DNA from: Camelus dromedarius | Taxonomy: Eukaryota | Length of the DNA: 64,000 nucleotides | Reading direction: 5' to 3' | Assembly: GCF_036321535.1 (NCBI RefSeq) | Contig: NC_087438.1 | Location: forward strand, 106,330,001 to 106,394,000 | Part shown: positions 24,972 through 37,436 of the stretch, in pieces | Position numbering within the stretch: the first letter of the stretch is position 1 | Layout: the number at the start of each line of letters is the position of its first letter | Program-made: the position numbers and the translations under genes | Notes under the pieces: generated by a model | What the model saw: the letters and a program-made list of their open reading frames with translations, nothing else | Databases searched by the model: none | What the model was told of the DNA's origin: nothing

Positions 24972-27059
24972 AGATTTTGGTCTACTAGACAATAAATTAG
25001 GCTTCAGTAAAATGAAAAACCTCTGCTCGTCAAAAGGCATCATTAGAGAAGATAATAGGCAGGCCACAGACTCGGAGAAAATATTTGTAAACATATATCT
25101 GACAAAGAACTAATTTCTAGGACATATTAAAAAAAAAAAAAAACTCCTGTAACTAGTTAATAAAAAGATACCCAGTAAAAATGGCCAAAATATTTGAGCA
25201 GATACTTCACAAAAGATAAATAAATGACCATAAGCATTAGAAAAGGTTCTCAACATATTTGTCATAATAGGAGTGCAAATTAAAAACACAATGAAATACT
25301 ACTATATATATGACCACCAGAATGGCTAAAATTCAAAAGACTGTTTACACCAAATGTTCATGGTGTTGCAGAACAACTTTTATGCATTGCTGGTGGAAAT
25401 GTAAAATGGTACAGCCAGTTTGGAAAAAGGTCCAACAGTTACTTTTAAAACTAAACAGGCACCTGCCTCATGACCCAGTAATTGCATTCCAAAATATTTA
25501 TTCAAAATAAAAACATATTCACGAAAAAAATGTGTAAAAGGATGTTTTCAGCAGTTTTAAGTCATAATAGCAAAAAGTGCATAGGTAAGTGAGGGTATAG
25601 TCATACACTGGAATGCTAACTCAACAATAAAATGGAGGAAATTATATTTAATATCATGGCTGATTCTCCAAAGCATCATGTTGCTGTAAAGAAGCCAAAC
25701 ACAAAGAGTTCTGCGGCATGATTCCATTTATATTAAGTTTTAAAATAAGTAAAATAATCTATGGCGGAAAAAATCAGAATAGTAGTTGCCTTTGGAGACT
25801 GGCGGGAAATGGGTATTGACTGGGAAGAGCAGGGGGAAATTTTCTGGAGGATAGCAATGTTCTAAATCTTGGCAGGGCTTTGGGCCAGATAGGTGTATAC
25901 AGCTGTTAAATGTCTTGAGTAGCATACTCAAGAACTGTGCATTTCAATCTATGTAAGTTTTATCTAAAAATTCATAAACAAATATTGAACTTTGGGTAAC
26001 TATACAAATGCTTACATGTTTAAAGGTGAAGTGTACTGATGTCTTCAATTTATTCTGAAATGCATAAAAATAGATTAACGAATGCATAAAGAAATGGATA
26101 TGTGATGAAGCAAATACGGCCAGATGTTAATTTTAGGTCTAGCTAGTGGGTACATGATTGTTCACAGTAAAATCCTTTCAGCTTTCCTGTATGTTACAAA
26201 ATTTTTGTAATAAAATGTTAGGGATAAATACAAAGACTACAGGATCTCTGGGGAGGGCAGTATATTCTAATCTTAGACGTGATCTCATTCTCTACTAGTG
26301 TTTCTCAAAGGGTGGTCTTTGCCTCACCAACATAGAACACCTAGGCACTTACTGAGATCCGCTGAAGTTTAAGAACTAATGTTCTATATCCCCATCCTGG
26401 AGGATTTTATTCCACACCCAGGGCTTCAGATGCCATCACTTCACGGCTAACTCCCAAATCTTGACCTGTCTTAAGCTCGAATTCTCTTTGGGCTGGTTAA
26501 TTTCCACAGGCCTGTCTCATAGGTACCTTCAACTCACCAGATCCAATATTGGATTCATTTTCCTATTCCTCCCCCACAATCCCACTCTCCTCCGCAGCAT
26601 TCTCTATTTTGGGCAAAGACATACTGCCAACCAGCTGACCAAGCCAGATACTTGGAAGGGTAGTGGTGAGGGGAGAAGGATCACCCTGACTCCTCCTCTT
26701 TCACCCCCATTTATTTCAGGTCACAACGTCTCACTGATTTGGCTTCCAAAACATGTCACATTTCACTCTCTGCCCCATGGGCCATCACTGCCTTCGTCCC
26801 ACTGTCATGAGGCTGTACCTTCCAAACCTTCTCCAAGAGGGGAGGAGCTCAAAATATTATAGGCAGTGAGAAGGGTTAGGAGGTGAGCTATTATGAAAAC
26901 TAGACAGAGGTTATTTGCCCAGGGTCACAGATGGGGGTCGCTGAAGTGAGGATTTCAACTCAGGTAATCTGGCTCAAAAGTCTGCTTAAATCATCATTAC
27001 TCAGTACAAACAAAAATGGATTTTTTGTGTGTGTGTGATCAGATCTGACTGCGTCTGTT

Positions 27060-27330
27060 ACTAGAGTAACACTAGCTGCTGTTACAGATAAACCCCAAGT
27101 CTCAATGGCTTACTGTAACAAAAATCCCTTTTATCACAGTGCTCTCCTTGAAGCAGTGATAGAGGAACCCAGGCTCCTTCCATCGTGTGACTGCCATCTT
27201 CCAGGGATCCTCCTCCTGCGCATTCAGCCAGCAGATGGGGAAAGAGCTCACAGGGCTGGGTGGGTGAGATGTTTTTACAGACGAAGTCTGGGAATGGCAA
27301 AGTTTACTTTTCGCCAAGTGTACCCCTGGC
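27060..27330 (-). mobile_element. Old MaLR (MLT1-type) LTR fragment
   Basis: gtaacactagctgctgttacagataaaccccaagtctcaatggctta...gaacccaggctccttccatcgtgtgactgccatctt. Confidence 0.65.
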
Positions 27331-28249
27331 TGTGTGCCCTAGAGGAAAAGGATATGAAGTTTGGTAAGCACCTGAGTTTTTGCCAAAATCTCATTACTCA
27401 TAACTCTGATTTACTCAAGACTCATTAAGCATCTATTCTATACTTCAACTTATGCTAGCTTATGCTTCAAAAAAAATACATATTCATAGCCAGGTAGTGC
27501 ACAAAACTTAGAATCTTTCTCAAAAAGTCAAGAATACACAATTGTATAGTCAATTACACGTGTTTGTATGTATAGGATATAACTGAATTTGGAAATTATT
27601 AAAAACGCTTTCCTTCACATTATTATTAACAAACTAGCTAAAAATCTCTTACATGATCAAAAGTAGACACCTCCCAAAAAACTCTACCCAAATGGGTGTC
27701 AAAATATTTGAAATTACCTCTACATTGCTTCACATTTGATATTACCAGAAATAAAATCAAATTTATAAGTGCTTCTTGATTTTTTTAATCTTAAAAAAAA
27801 AGTCCAAGATAAAGCCCTCTAGAGGAAAACAACAAAAAATTCACCAGAGAAGCTAAAAATAGGGTCAAATGGGGGTATGTCCAGCCCATGAGAATATATT
27901 TTAGATAAGTGACATGGGAATTGACTTCGGGAAATAGACTTGTAGGTAAGTTTTTCCTGTTTCCCTTTAAAATGACCTGTATAATACTAGGATAACTTTT
28001 CAGAGCTACCATCCATGTGGCAGACTCTGCTGAACGCCTTCTGTTCATTATCTTATTTCAACCCCATAACTAACCTTTGACGTAAGTATTAAAAAGGCTT
28101 GGGTCTCTTAGAATGGATAAAGATTAGTATCAAAACAGCCTCAAGCAAAACCTTCAATTTTTATGTAACTTGTTTCTAACTTCCACTGACCTCAAGTTCA
28201 TCTACAAAGGATAAAGAAAACAGAAGTCTAGAAATAAACCTGTGACAAC

Positions 28250-29249
28250 ATTTGGAAAATTGACCCGTTTTAATTTTTTTAAAAACAAAAACACAACATG
28301 AAAAAAAATTTTTCCATCTACAACTCAGTTATATCCAAATATTCTAAGACCAGAGTCCCCTGCCCAAAAGCAGAGAATTAAAATGAGTCGCTGAAGACAC
28401 ACAGAGGTGAATGCTGAAGATCAAAGTTCCAGCTGTAGGTCACAAGTCTTCCATACAAACACACTCTAATGTTTTTCCCTTCACAGTTGAAGTGTTTTAC
28501 AGGAAGTTCCTTAAAATAATTCTATCCCAGACACCAGGTTTCTTCAGTGATACACAGTCCCATGACACTTTTGTTTCCATCTGATTGATAAGAACAAAAA
28601 GTAATTTTTACTTTTGTCTTTTTTTGGTAGCATAAAGAAGTAAAATTATCAGCCAGATTCCTTTAGGAATAAATGAGGAAAGAAGTAAGATATGGGCTGC
28701 GCTGGGTGCTGGTTTCTACCTGTCTTTCTCAGAGTGTGACTTGAGAAGAGTTAAATCACACTCATGCCACTAAAATGATTAGTACCAGTGATCCTTTTTT
28801 AGATGATAGAAAGGAAAACACCCAATGGACATAAAAATGGTCAAAAGTTTTTGTCACTGGGTTTTTTTTTAAACTGCAGGTCAATTTCCCACCCCAACAC
28901 CCACCCCCAAGAGATACAAAATAAACATATAATCGGGATGGTAACTCCAATGGACATTCCAATTCACCCAGTTGCTTGTTCCCCATAGAGGTAAGGGGAA
29001 GAGGCATTAAGTTTTATTAGCAATGTTACGGTAGTAACCAGATGTGTTAACGGCAGCTTATTTGAGGCCCATCAATCCTTTGAACACATGTAGGAAAGCA
29101 TGGCTGTCGTTCTCCGACTGCCCACATCTGAATACATTCAGCTACCATGAAAACTACAAAGGAAGGGAAAATGTATTTATTTCAAGACTCATTTACTGGG
29201 ATTTTTAAGTGCCCTCTTTTGCGTAGAGCCATAGTGTGGTGACAATACG
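28250..29249 (-). other. RBM22: RBM22 3' UTR with candidate signals AATAAA (29176-29181, 29013-29018) and ATTAAA (28269-28274)
   Basis: Reverse-complement hexamers read directly; the end point is inferred. Confidence 0.55.
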
Positions 29250-29380
29250 CTAGGGGCTGCTGNNNNNNNNNNNNNNNNNNNNNNNNNNNNNNNNNNNNNN
29301 NNNNNNNNNNNNNNNNNNNNNNNNNNNNNNNNNNNNNNNNNNNNNNNNNNNNNNNNNNNNNNNNNNNNNNNNNNNNNNNN
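29250..29380 (-). CDS. RBM22: RBM22 exon 11 CDS (mostly in N gap; start inferred)
   Basis: Visible end ...AGC AGC CCC TAG (stop 29250-29252); start inferred from the recalled orthologue length; branch point CCTAAC at 29404-29409. Confidence 0.8.
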
Positions 29381-32300
29381 NNNNNNNNNNNNNNAGCAAA
29401 TTTGTTAGGCTCTTGACAACATTTCAAACCCTTGAATCTTTCTAAGATCAAAACCACCTGAACAGAAATCAAATTGACATGGGGCTTCAGAAAATGTTGG
29501 TTCACAAGACTTGCTCAGGGATGTTTACCTGTGTTACTTCCTTGGTTTTAGAAACCTTTCCCTTCGGGTTGACTTAAAAAAAAAACAAAAACCTCCACAG
29601 GTCTAAAGGTATTGCTATGATGCCACCATCTGAGCCTCTGCTATGGATCAAACGTGCCAATCCTACCAGACAGGATTCGGTCAGGATTTGGGAGGTGAGA
29701 CAGAAATCAGGCTGATGGATATCAGACCATGTCATCATTAACCTCAATGCTTTATACTTGAGTCACAGGTGTTCAGAAACCAGGACTTCAAAAAGCATGG
29801 GAACTCTGCAGCAGGAGAACCGGCCGGCTACTTGTGGTTTACTTACACTGCTCCACTGGCACTGACAGTGCTACTTAGAGCACTGCTATCCAAACTGCTG
29901 GCCCTTGAACTGTTTATTACTGGCCATCAACAAGATAAAGAGCTTGAGTCAAAACGTAATTTCATTACATGACCAAGCACACTATTTAAGTCGTCTGACA
30001 ACTTTCTGGTAACAAAACTTTCTTAATGAATTTATATTCTGGTACAAGTTCCTTATCTTGCTGCAGGTAGGTAATAAACACCCCGGAGTAACACAGATCC
30101 AAAGCCTACAGTTTAAGCAATGGCGTGCTAGGGTATTATTAGGATTTCGTTTAGAACAGGGAACAAATTGATGACAAATCACTGTATTCACAGTAACTCC
30201 CATTCTGATTACACGTATACTCAAATTGTTAAGGGAATTGGAGACTTTCCTTAGTGAGCCAGTAGAAAATGGAATACCAGGAATGCCAAAAAATCAGGTT
30301 TACTCGTAGACTTCTATGGAGCAGACCCGAAGGACTTAGACACGATAGACGTAATGGTGAGGTGTGAGGACAGGACTTCACAAGGACTTCCCTGGGCTAA
30401 GTCAAACCTATTTCCTAAGAAGAAGGATGAGTTACCTGGGGGTGGGGGCGGGGCAATACCAGGGGGAGGTGGCAGGGCAATGTTCACCACGGCTGGAGGA
30501 CCACTTGGGGGTAGGTTGAAGTAGTTGGCAGAGGCTTCTTCTTCTGCAGCAGGAGGAGGAGGAAGAGCTGAAGAGAAAATAGCCAGTTAGAGTAAAAGAC
30601 AACTGTGCAGCAGTGTTTTCACCACCCTGAAATCCTAGGAAGCCTGCTGGGAGAACACAGCTGCTGCGAGCCAGAGACTTCGGTCTCTCTTAACACTGGT
30701 GGAACATCGAGGCAGTGTGAGCATCTGAAGTTAGTAAGCTACAGGTAGGCAGAAAGTCTGTTCTCACCTCCTGGTAGCCCTGGAACGGGCTCCAGCTTGA
30801 TTCCGGAGTCTGTGGTTCCATCCTTCTCTTTTTCTTTTCCTCTGGCTGCTTGGGACCTAGGAGACACAGACACACACACACACACCATCATCACTTGGTC
30901 CCACTTTCTCTCCCACCTCTGTTTCTCTTGTTTCTTAGTCAAACAGAGTTTCTTCACTCCTTGCCTCCTCTTCAGCAAACACTCTTTCCATAAATGCCAA
31001 CATGCAGTGGGTAAGAGCAAAGGTTTTGAAGCAAGAAAAGATCTGGGTTCAAAATTCGTGGGAATCACTGTAGGGACTGGAGGAGGAACTCCCATGTGTT
31101 GAGCACAGTGCTAAGGAAGTACTCCATGAGGGCCGCTGCCTCTATGAGAGATCTCCCTGGCTCCAAGCTCCATGTTCCATCTTTGACGAATCACGACATT
31201 TGACCTGTGTCTCTTATGCAATCATCACTTTCAAACTTAAATTAGCTCTTGTTCTTCACAAGACACCTGGCCAATAGATGACAAAATCTAGGACTAACTT
31301 CTTTGTAAACTCTCATGCCACCGTTCATGCCCTAGCATTACACTTGGCCTCTAATAACTGGTCACAAAAAAAATAAACCTTCGAAGGATCAGATTATTAC
31401 ACCCATACCCTGAATGAATTTCCAAAGCAGCATCTTCCCAACTTCCACAGGAATGGAGTGTCAGATAGAAAGAAAAATTATTTTTTAAAGGTCTTTCTGA
31501 TTTAAGCCTATTCACCAAAAGCTTACTAGTCCCCAGGTAATGCAAAGGTTTCTTGAAAATCTCACTAATGATACTTTAAAATAGTCTAATGCTCACCTTC
31601 CCCATTTCACGTTGAGCCTGCGGCCATTGACAATTAACTTATTAAAGGACTTCTCGGCAGCCACTTCTGCAGCCTGCCTAGTGGCAAACTGGATGAAAGC
31701 ACACTGCTGTCTCTGCACAACAGTGATCGTCCGGATCTCTCCAAACTGGTAGAAATGATTTCTGTAGGGATACAAGTAGAGAAAAACGAGAGTTAACAAC
31801 ACACAGACATTCCCAGGAAGTTGAATATGGATCATTAACTCTTTCACTGATTCACCACAAGGCAGGTGGCACCATGGTGATCTGCCTAATTACCGGCAGG
31901 TGGTTCCCTCCATACCTTACACCCTATTGTGGGTGCTGTGTATGAGAGAGGGAAAGAAAAAGAACAAGTAAAGGCTATCAGACACCTCAAGGTTTTCCCC
32001 AAGGAGGAAAGGGGGCTCCAGTAGGTTCCTCTAAGGACCTTAAACCTTAGATAAGGGGCTAATAAATTGTACCCCTACGGCTCATGAGCCAAACATGTTA
32101 AAAAAAAAATTTTTTTAAGGTTGTAAAAAAAGAAAAGAAAAGAGGAGGTGGAAAAAAGTCTGCCACCCTCTGGGGACTGCCTAGCTCACTTACTAGACAG
32201 AGTTTAATGCAAACAGGCTACCAAGGGCAGGTTGTACATAGAAGTTTCTTCTCTACTGTATCCCTTTGCAAGAGGCAATTTCCATCACCATCTGTCGAGA

Positions 32301-35300
32301 TGTCTCATCTAGCCAAGCAAAATATAAGCCAAGAATAATACAAATTTACCAAATACCAATCTCTTTAAAAAGCCAAGTTAAACCCTAAGAGTTCTATCAT
32401 TGTAAAGCTCTCTCTTCCCTACATAATTAATCATACTTGGATATGTGCCATCTTTAAAAATTCTAATGACTATTAGGTCAAATACAACCCAATGTAATTA
32501 CTACCAGATGCAAGGATGGAATAAGCACTGCTGATGAATATTACTACCCTGGCGTCATAAAGGGCAACGTCATAAAAATTCCAGTAAGTGACACGTACTA
32601 ACTGTAGAGTGAACTACAGAAAAATGTACTTTGTACAAAATCATCATGTTTTCCTGTATTTTCATGAAAAAAAAATTTTTCCAGGGCAGCTGAAAGCAAA
32701 AAGAATTCAAAAAATTATATTCGCAAACCTCAGATCTGTCTCAGTAATGGTATCGCCCAGACCACCAACATACAACGTGGTGATAGTCTTGTCCTCTGGC
32801 GGGTCCAGACGAGGCATTGTTGAAGCCCGCTTTAGAAGTTTATCTGCCACAGGGTCGTTGATTCCGTAGTATCGGTCTTTAATGTTCTGATCAGCAAGGG
32901 GGTCATCTGGATCTGTCGGCTTCTCATGTCTATGGTTTAAGAAAGAACAATGCATAAAGATGAAACGAAGGAAAAAAAAATTTACAGGTAGCACCCAACA
33001 TTAACTACGTAAGTCCCAAATACGTACCCTGAAATGCCCTTTGAACTAGAAACCATGGTCATACTGAAACATAATTATCAGAACAGAGCTAATACCAAGG
33101 GATTTACTGTATCACACAAGGACTTGCTGGCCTCCTAAAAGCCACTTAGATGGCCATCTAGGATGGCAGAGTTTCCTTATAAAGAAATGTTTTTGGCACA
33201 ATCCACTCCAAAACAAAAGGTAACCACAACATGGTTACCCTTCCCTAGGTCAATGGTTCTTAATGTATCTGAGGTACTACATTCCACTGAGAGTCTGATT
33301 AAATCTGTGGACCAGGCCCAGAAAAAGTCATAATTTTTTGGTGAGGGTCGGGTTAACCAACCCCAAGGTAAGAATTCCCAATCCAGACGCCTGACAGTCT
33401 TGACTCAAACATACTCACATGTTCTTTAGAAGTCTGGCCTTAATCTGACTTCAACTATACATTGAGATTCAAGCCAGTTACACCATGATAGTAAAGACTT
33501 AAATCTCAGGTCAAAACTTTTACGGTCAACATGCATACTATACGGCAGAGCAATTTAGTTTCCCAAGGCTTGGTTATAAGTAAAAGTTCCACTGTAAGTA
33601 AAGACATCAATTTAATCAAGCTCTTTTAAATGTAATAGTCCTAAGACTTGAGATACACAACATTAGTTGTATAGATTTCTATTTTAAAGCAGAAATAGTT
33701 TAAGCCAGCATCTCCCACTTCTTCGTGAGTAATCATGTGAAAGCAAACACTGAAAATGCAGTTCAGCTCTTGCCTGTACGGACACTCCTCTCCTCTCTTA
33801 CATTCTCCTTTCACCCAGAAAGAGCAAATGTGGGGTCGATTCCTTTTATAGTACGGTGTGGTCCGAGCCAGTTTGAGCAGCATGTCACTGGTGGATGTGG
33901 CTTTCCCCAACATGCCAACTGGCCGTGTTCCATCAGAGTTAGAAATCTACAAAGGAACGACACATTCAAAAGATAAATTATACTGACTATGCTAATCCCC
34001 TAGGATTCTTTTAACAAGCAAGTGGCAGTGTACCTCTCTCTCCATATTCTGTGTGTAGTACTCTTTGTTGACATCTGACTTTGGCATGTCATCCTTAAAA
34101 GACAATCCTGCATCACGAACCTGGATGGGAAGGCCTAGAACAAAGGAGGAAAAGAACTCAGGATGTATTTTAAATCATATCCAAACTGACTACGTACATG
34201 GAATATATCATTCTTCCTTTCTCTACTTGCCTATTTGGTACCAGAGGCTTTATTTTAATTCAAAATCTTTAGCACCATCAGGCCAATACTAATACAGAGC
34301 ATTCTAAGAAATTGTATTAATTCCTGAGTTTTCTTAAAATTGGATGAAATGAATGTTTTAGGAAATCTTTTAGATGAACAAACTTTTATTATAGTCAGTT
34401 TTGACCTGTAATTAATAATTCATCTAGCTTTTACTATAACATGATTTATTTAAAATAAATGTAAAAAGTGGATTATTTTTAGGCTTGTCCTACAGACCCT
34501 CTAGATTAGTCATAGTCACATAAGGCTCACTGTATTCCAGAAGCAGAACACCTCCTTAACAAACATATAAAAAATATTAAACAATATGTGACCAGGACTC
34601 TGATTAGCAGAGTTAACTTTCTGAACTTACAGAAACTCATATTTTCCTTTTCCCTTTAATTTTATTGTATAGTAGAAATTCTTGCTGAGAGAATATTTTT
34701 TTCATAAACAAAAAGTCACCTGCAGCTAAAAAGAAAATCACTCCCAAAAGCAGTGAAACAGTACCAATACGGTGTACCAATTCTAACAACACAGTTATAC
34801 AAAAATCTAAAGAACAATTAGCTTGAGCTTCTGGTAGAGATTGTGGAAAAAAGCTTTGGCTCTAGAAAGAAGCCCAAGGTAAAGAAATTACCTATCACAG
34901 CAGTAACACCTTCACCTCACCTTGGCTACAAGGGTATACATGAGAGAGGTTTAGCTCAGTTCTGATTAATCCCCAACTTCTCCTTAAGTTCCTACTGTTG
35001 TTCAGAACTCTAAAATAACGTAGTATGGGCCTTGTCTTCCTGGGAAAAGCAAGGCACAGGAGACATTTCAAAGTGGGGTCAGAACCAGAGAAACAGGAGA
35101 CAAAAAAATCAGTTTGTTGTGTCTAGAGCAGCTACACACTTTCAGACATATTGGACAAGGCAAACATACCATACTCTAGGTCCAAGAGGCAGGTCTGACA
35201 GACATTCTTCAATTTACTGCAGGTTTGGCACACTTCAGTCTTCTTGAAACGCATGCGGACCCCAGGGCACCAGCGAAACACTGTGAATGGTCTGGCACAG

Positions 35301-37436
35301 ATCTGGAACACAAAATAAAGTCACAGAGTGTTAATGGTCCTGATCTGAACAATCAGTTCAGGAGATTTAATAGCACTGGGGAATTTAAAGCAACGATTCC
35401 CGAATCTAGGGTTTAGAAGAGATTTTAGCAATCATCAAGTCTAAACATGATATGATGTTTCAATCCTTTAAAACACCCTTCCTCAGTAGTTAAAAAATTC
35501 ACATAGTATAGAAATAAAATATTCAAAAATCAAAGTCCTCCCCACAATAGGGGTCACCACCATTAATAATATATCCCTTCATCTTTTATGGGGTGAATGG
35601 GGAGTGTCATATACTCCTCTGAGAATCTTATGACAGCGGTATCCTTCCTCCTTAGCTAAAATGCTCACGTGCACAAACACTTGGGATATACAATCTCAGG
35701 GGGCTCAAATCCAACCACAGACACCAACTTAAGAATCTTTACATTAAAGGGCTCATTTTCTTACCCCCACATTAAATAGTTAACGGCCGATGAGTATATA
35801 AATGATACATGAAAGTTCGTGTAGCACTCATTTTTATAAAGGACTTCAAAGCTCAGCAAGTTGAAGAGAAAAGGAATGTAAAATTAAATCATTACTCTTT
35901 AACATACTTACTTTGCACTCCTTCCCATACTTTTCTTTGGTCTAAAATGGAAAAATACAGAAGAGTTACAGAAAGAAAGAAAAAAGATACAGAAAGAAAA
36001 AAACAGATGTCTGCTCCTTCCCTAGACAGGACCCAAGAAATATATCTGGAAATCCCTGGCATCTTCAAGGGATGTGGAGAAGTGGGGGAGCCCACCTTTT
36101 TGGGGGTGGGGGGGATATAATCTAATGACCTACAAGTTACAACCTCTTAAGAATCTTATGGATCTAACACAAGATAACTACGTATCTTTACACAACAACA
36201 ACCCTTAGATTCACATCTGGCTCCCAGTTCCTGCCCAAGAAAAATTTCTTAATGGTTTCCATAGTCCCTAAATTAGGAAGGATGCAGCCAAGGACAGCCC
36301 ATTTCAGTTTAGTCAGAGATAACCACTATAGACTCATCCTGTGCTGATCCCTTGTATATGGTTAATCAATACCTTTGAGATCGATCACAACACAGCCCTA
36401 ATCTAATTATTAAATGTTAACTGCTGCTAATTTTACTCTTATTTATAAGGATAGGCGATACCTCACACTAAACAGATTACAAGGTGCTGTGGCCAAAAGG
36501 CATTTGATCAGGAGTTGGGAAACCTAGATTTTAGTCCTGGTTCTCCTGATTTGCTGAAATCCCTGGAGTTAGAATATCTGAATTAAAATCCCAGTTCCAC
36601 TCCTTACTTGCTATATTGAAAAGACATAAACTCTCTTTGCCTTGATTAACAGACCTATCTCCCAGGTAAATGCTCAACGAATATTAGCTATTTTGACTCC
36701 TACATCACTGGGCTGTCGCTGAGTTCCAAACAAGCATGACAGTCCTTTGCAAATTCGTCCCACGCTCTGGGTTAGTAAAGGAGCATCATTACTTCTTGGC
36801 TAAGAGAAACCCATCAGCGACAGTGTGCAAGTACAACACTGACAGAACACAGACAGTAAGTCCGGTTTCATACGCGATCACTCACCATTCGGATATATGG
36901 GTTTTCTCCAAGACACGTCTGGCACAGAATAGGGAAGTCCTGATGAAAATGGGAAATCTGGTTGAAGGCCAGGCTCCGAAGACCCTGCCATTTCAGCCAC
37001 AGTCGTAGGGCTGGGGGAAGGGGCGAGGAGCGAGGTTGGGGAACCGGGCAAGACAACGGGGTCCAGCACGAACCCGAGGTCCAGCACGGGCCCGGTCGCG
37101 GAAGGTGGCGCTGTCTGCACTTCCGGCAAACGACAAAAGACCCGCTCCAAAAGAGTGGAGGGGGCAGGGATGGAAAGGGGGCTGGTCCCGGATCCTGGCT
37201 AAACCCCCTCCCTCCAAGCCCCCAGGAGGGCTGCCCTCCAGCCTTCAGCCGTGGCCGAGCTAGGCCGCGGTGCTGGCTTCTCCCCGGAATTCCCTCGGCA
37301 GCGCCGCAGCCACGTCGCGGCCAGCCCGCTGGAGGCCTGGCTTCGCCGCCTCTTTCGGTCCTCCTCCGGCCGGCACACTCACCGCATCCTCCCAGTTCTG
37401 CCTGTTGTACGTGTTGGAACCCAGAGAGGTCGCCAT
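29250..37436 (-). CDS. RBM22: Pre-mRNA splicing factor RBM22 (Cwc2/Slt11-related; zinc-binding N-terminus, CCCH finger, RRM), 420 aa expected; complement join of 11 exons
   Basis: Exons 37436-37383, 36939-36886, 35941-35912, 35302-35170, 34134-34034, 33946-33774, 32929-32729, 31761-31597, 30856-30768, 30567-30436, ~29380-29250. [29 protein letters not shown]...[19 protein letters not shown]...TLYVGGL...SSP-TAG. Phases are consistent. Confidence 0.97.
29263..29394. other. Assembly gap (132 N)
   Basis: N run covering most of RBM22 exon 11. Confidence 0.99.
30436..30567 (-). CDS. RBM22: RBM22 exon 10
   Basis: [25 protein letters not shown]...PPPP, 132 nt. Confidence 0.96.
30768..30856 (-). CDS. 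RBM22: RBM22 exon 9
   Basis: [29 protein letters not shown], 89 nt. Confidence 0.96.
31597..31761 (-). CDS. RBM22: RBM22 exon 8 (RRM)
   Basis: [27 protein letters not shown]...NVKWG, 165 nt. Confidence 0.97.
32729..32929 (-). CDS. RBM22: RBM22 exon 7
   Basis: [22 protein letters not shown]...[16 protein letters not shown], 201 nt; weak donor GTTTGC. Confidence 0.97.
33774..33946 (-). CDS. RBM22: RBM22 exon 6 (CCCH finger), GC donor
   Basis: [14 protein letters not shown]...[17 protein letters not shown]+AG, 173 nt; donor GCAAGAG. Confidence 0.95.
34034..34134 (-). CDS. RBM22: RBM22 exon 5
   Basis: [34 protein letters not shown], 101 nt; followed by an 87-nt intron. Confidence 0.97.
35170..35302 (-). 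CDS. RBM22: RBM22 exon 4
   Basis: [14 protein letters not shown]...[21 protein letters not shown], 133 nt. Confidence 0.97.
35912..35941 (-). CDS. RBM22: RBM22 exon 3 (30 nt)
   Basis: [10 protein letters not shown], ttttag acceptor, GTAAGT donor. Confidence 0.95.
36886..36939 (-). CDS. RBM22: RBM22 exon 2
   Basis: [18 protein letters not shown], donor GTGAGT. Confidence 0.97.
37383..37436 (-). CDS. RBM22: RBM22 exon 1 CDS
   Basis: caacATGG Kozak; [18 protein letters not shown]; donor GTGAGT. Confidence 0.97.

Larger units (their letters stand above)
20240..26230 (+). mobile_element. Multilayer L1 nest: old L1M ORF1/ORF2/3' end interrupted by a young camelid-type L1 3' end (21934-~22290), an L1MC-type 3' end (~22350-23110), an L1MA-type 3' end (~23450-23760) and an MLT1 LTR
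   Basis: ORF2 relics (e.g. KKTPGPDGFTGKFYQTCKE in ORF 23080..23379) and several distinct L1 3'-end signatures with A-rich tails. Confidence 0.8.

Noticed and set aside
29681-29737. C-box (TGATGA) and CTGA boxes on the minus strand of RBM22 intron 10, resembling a C/D snoRNA
   Set aside because: The span is only ~57 nt, with no terminal stem and no clear C' box. An Infernal/snoscan hit would be needed.
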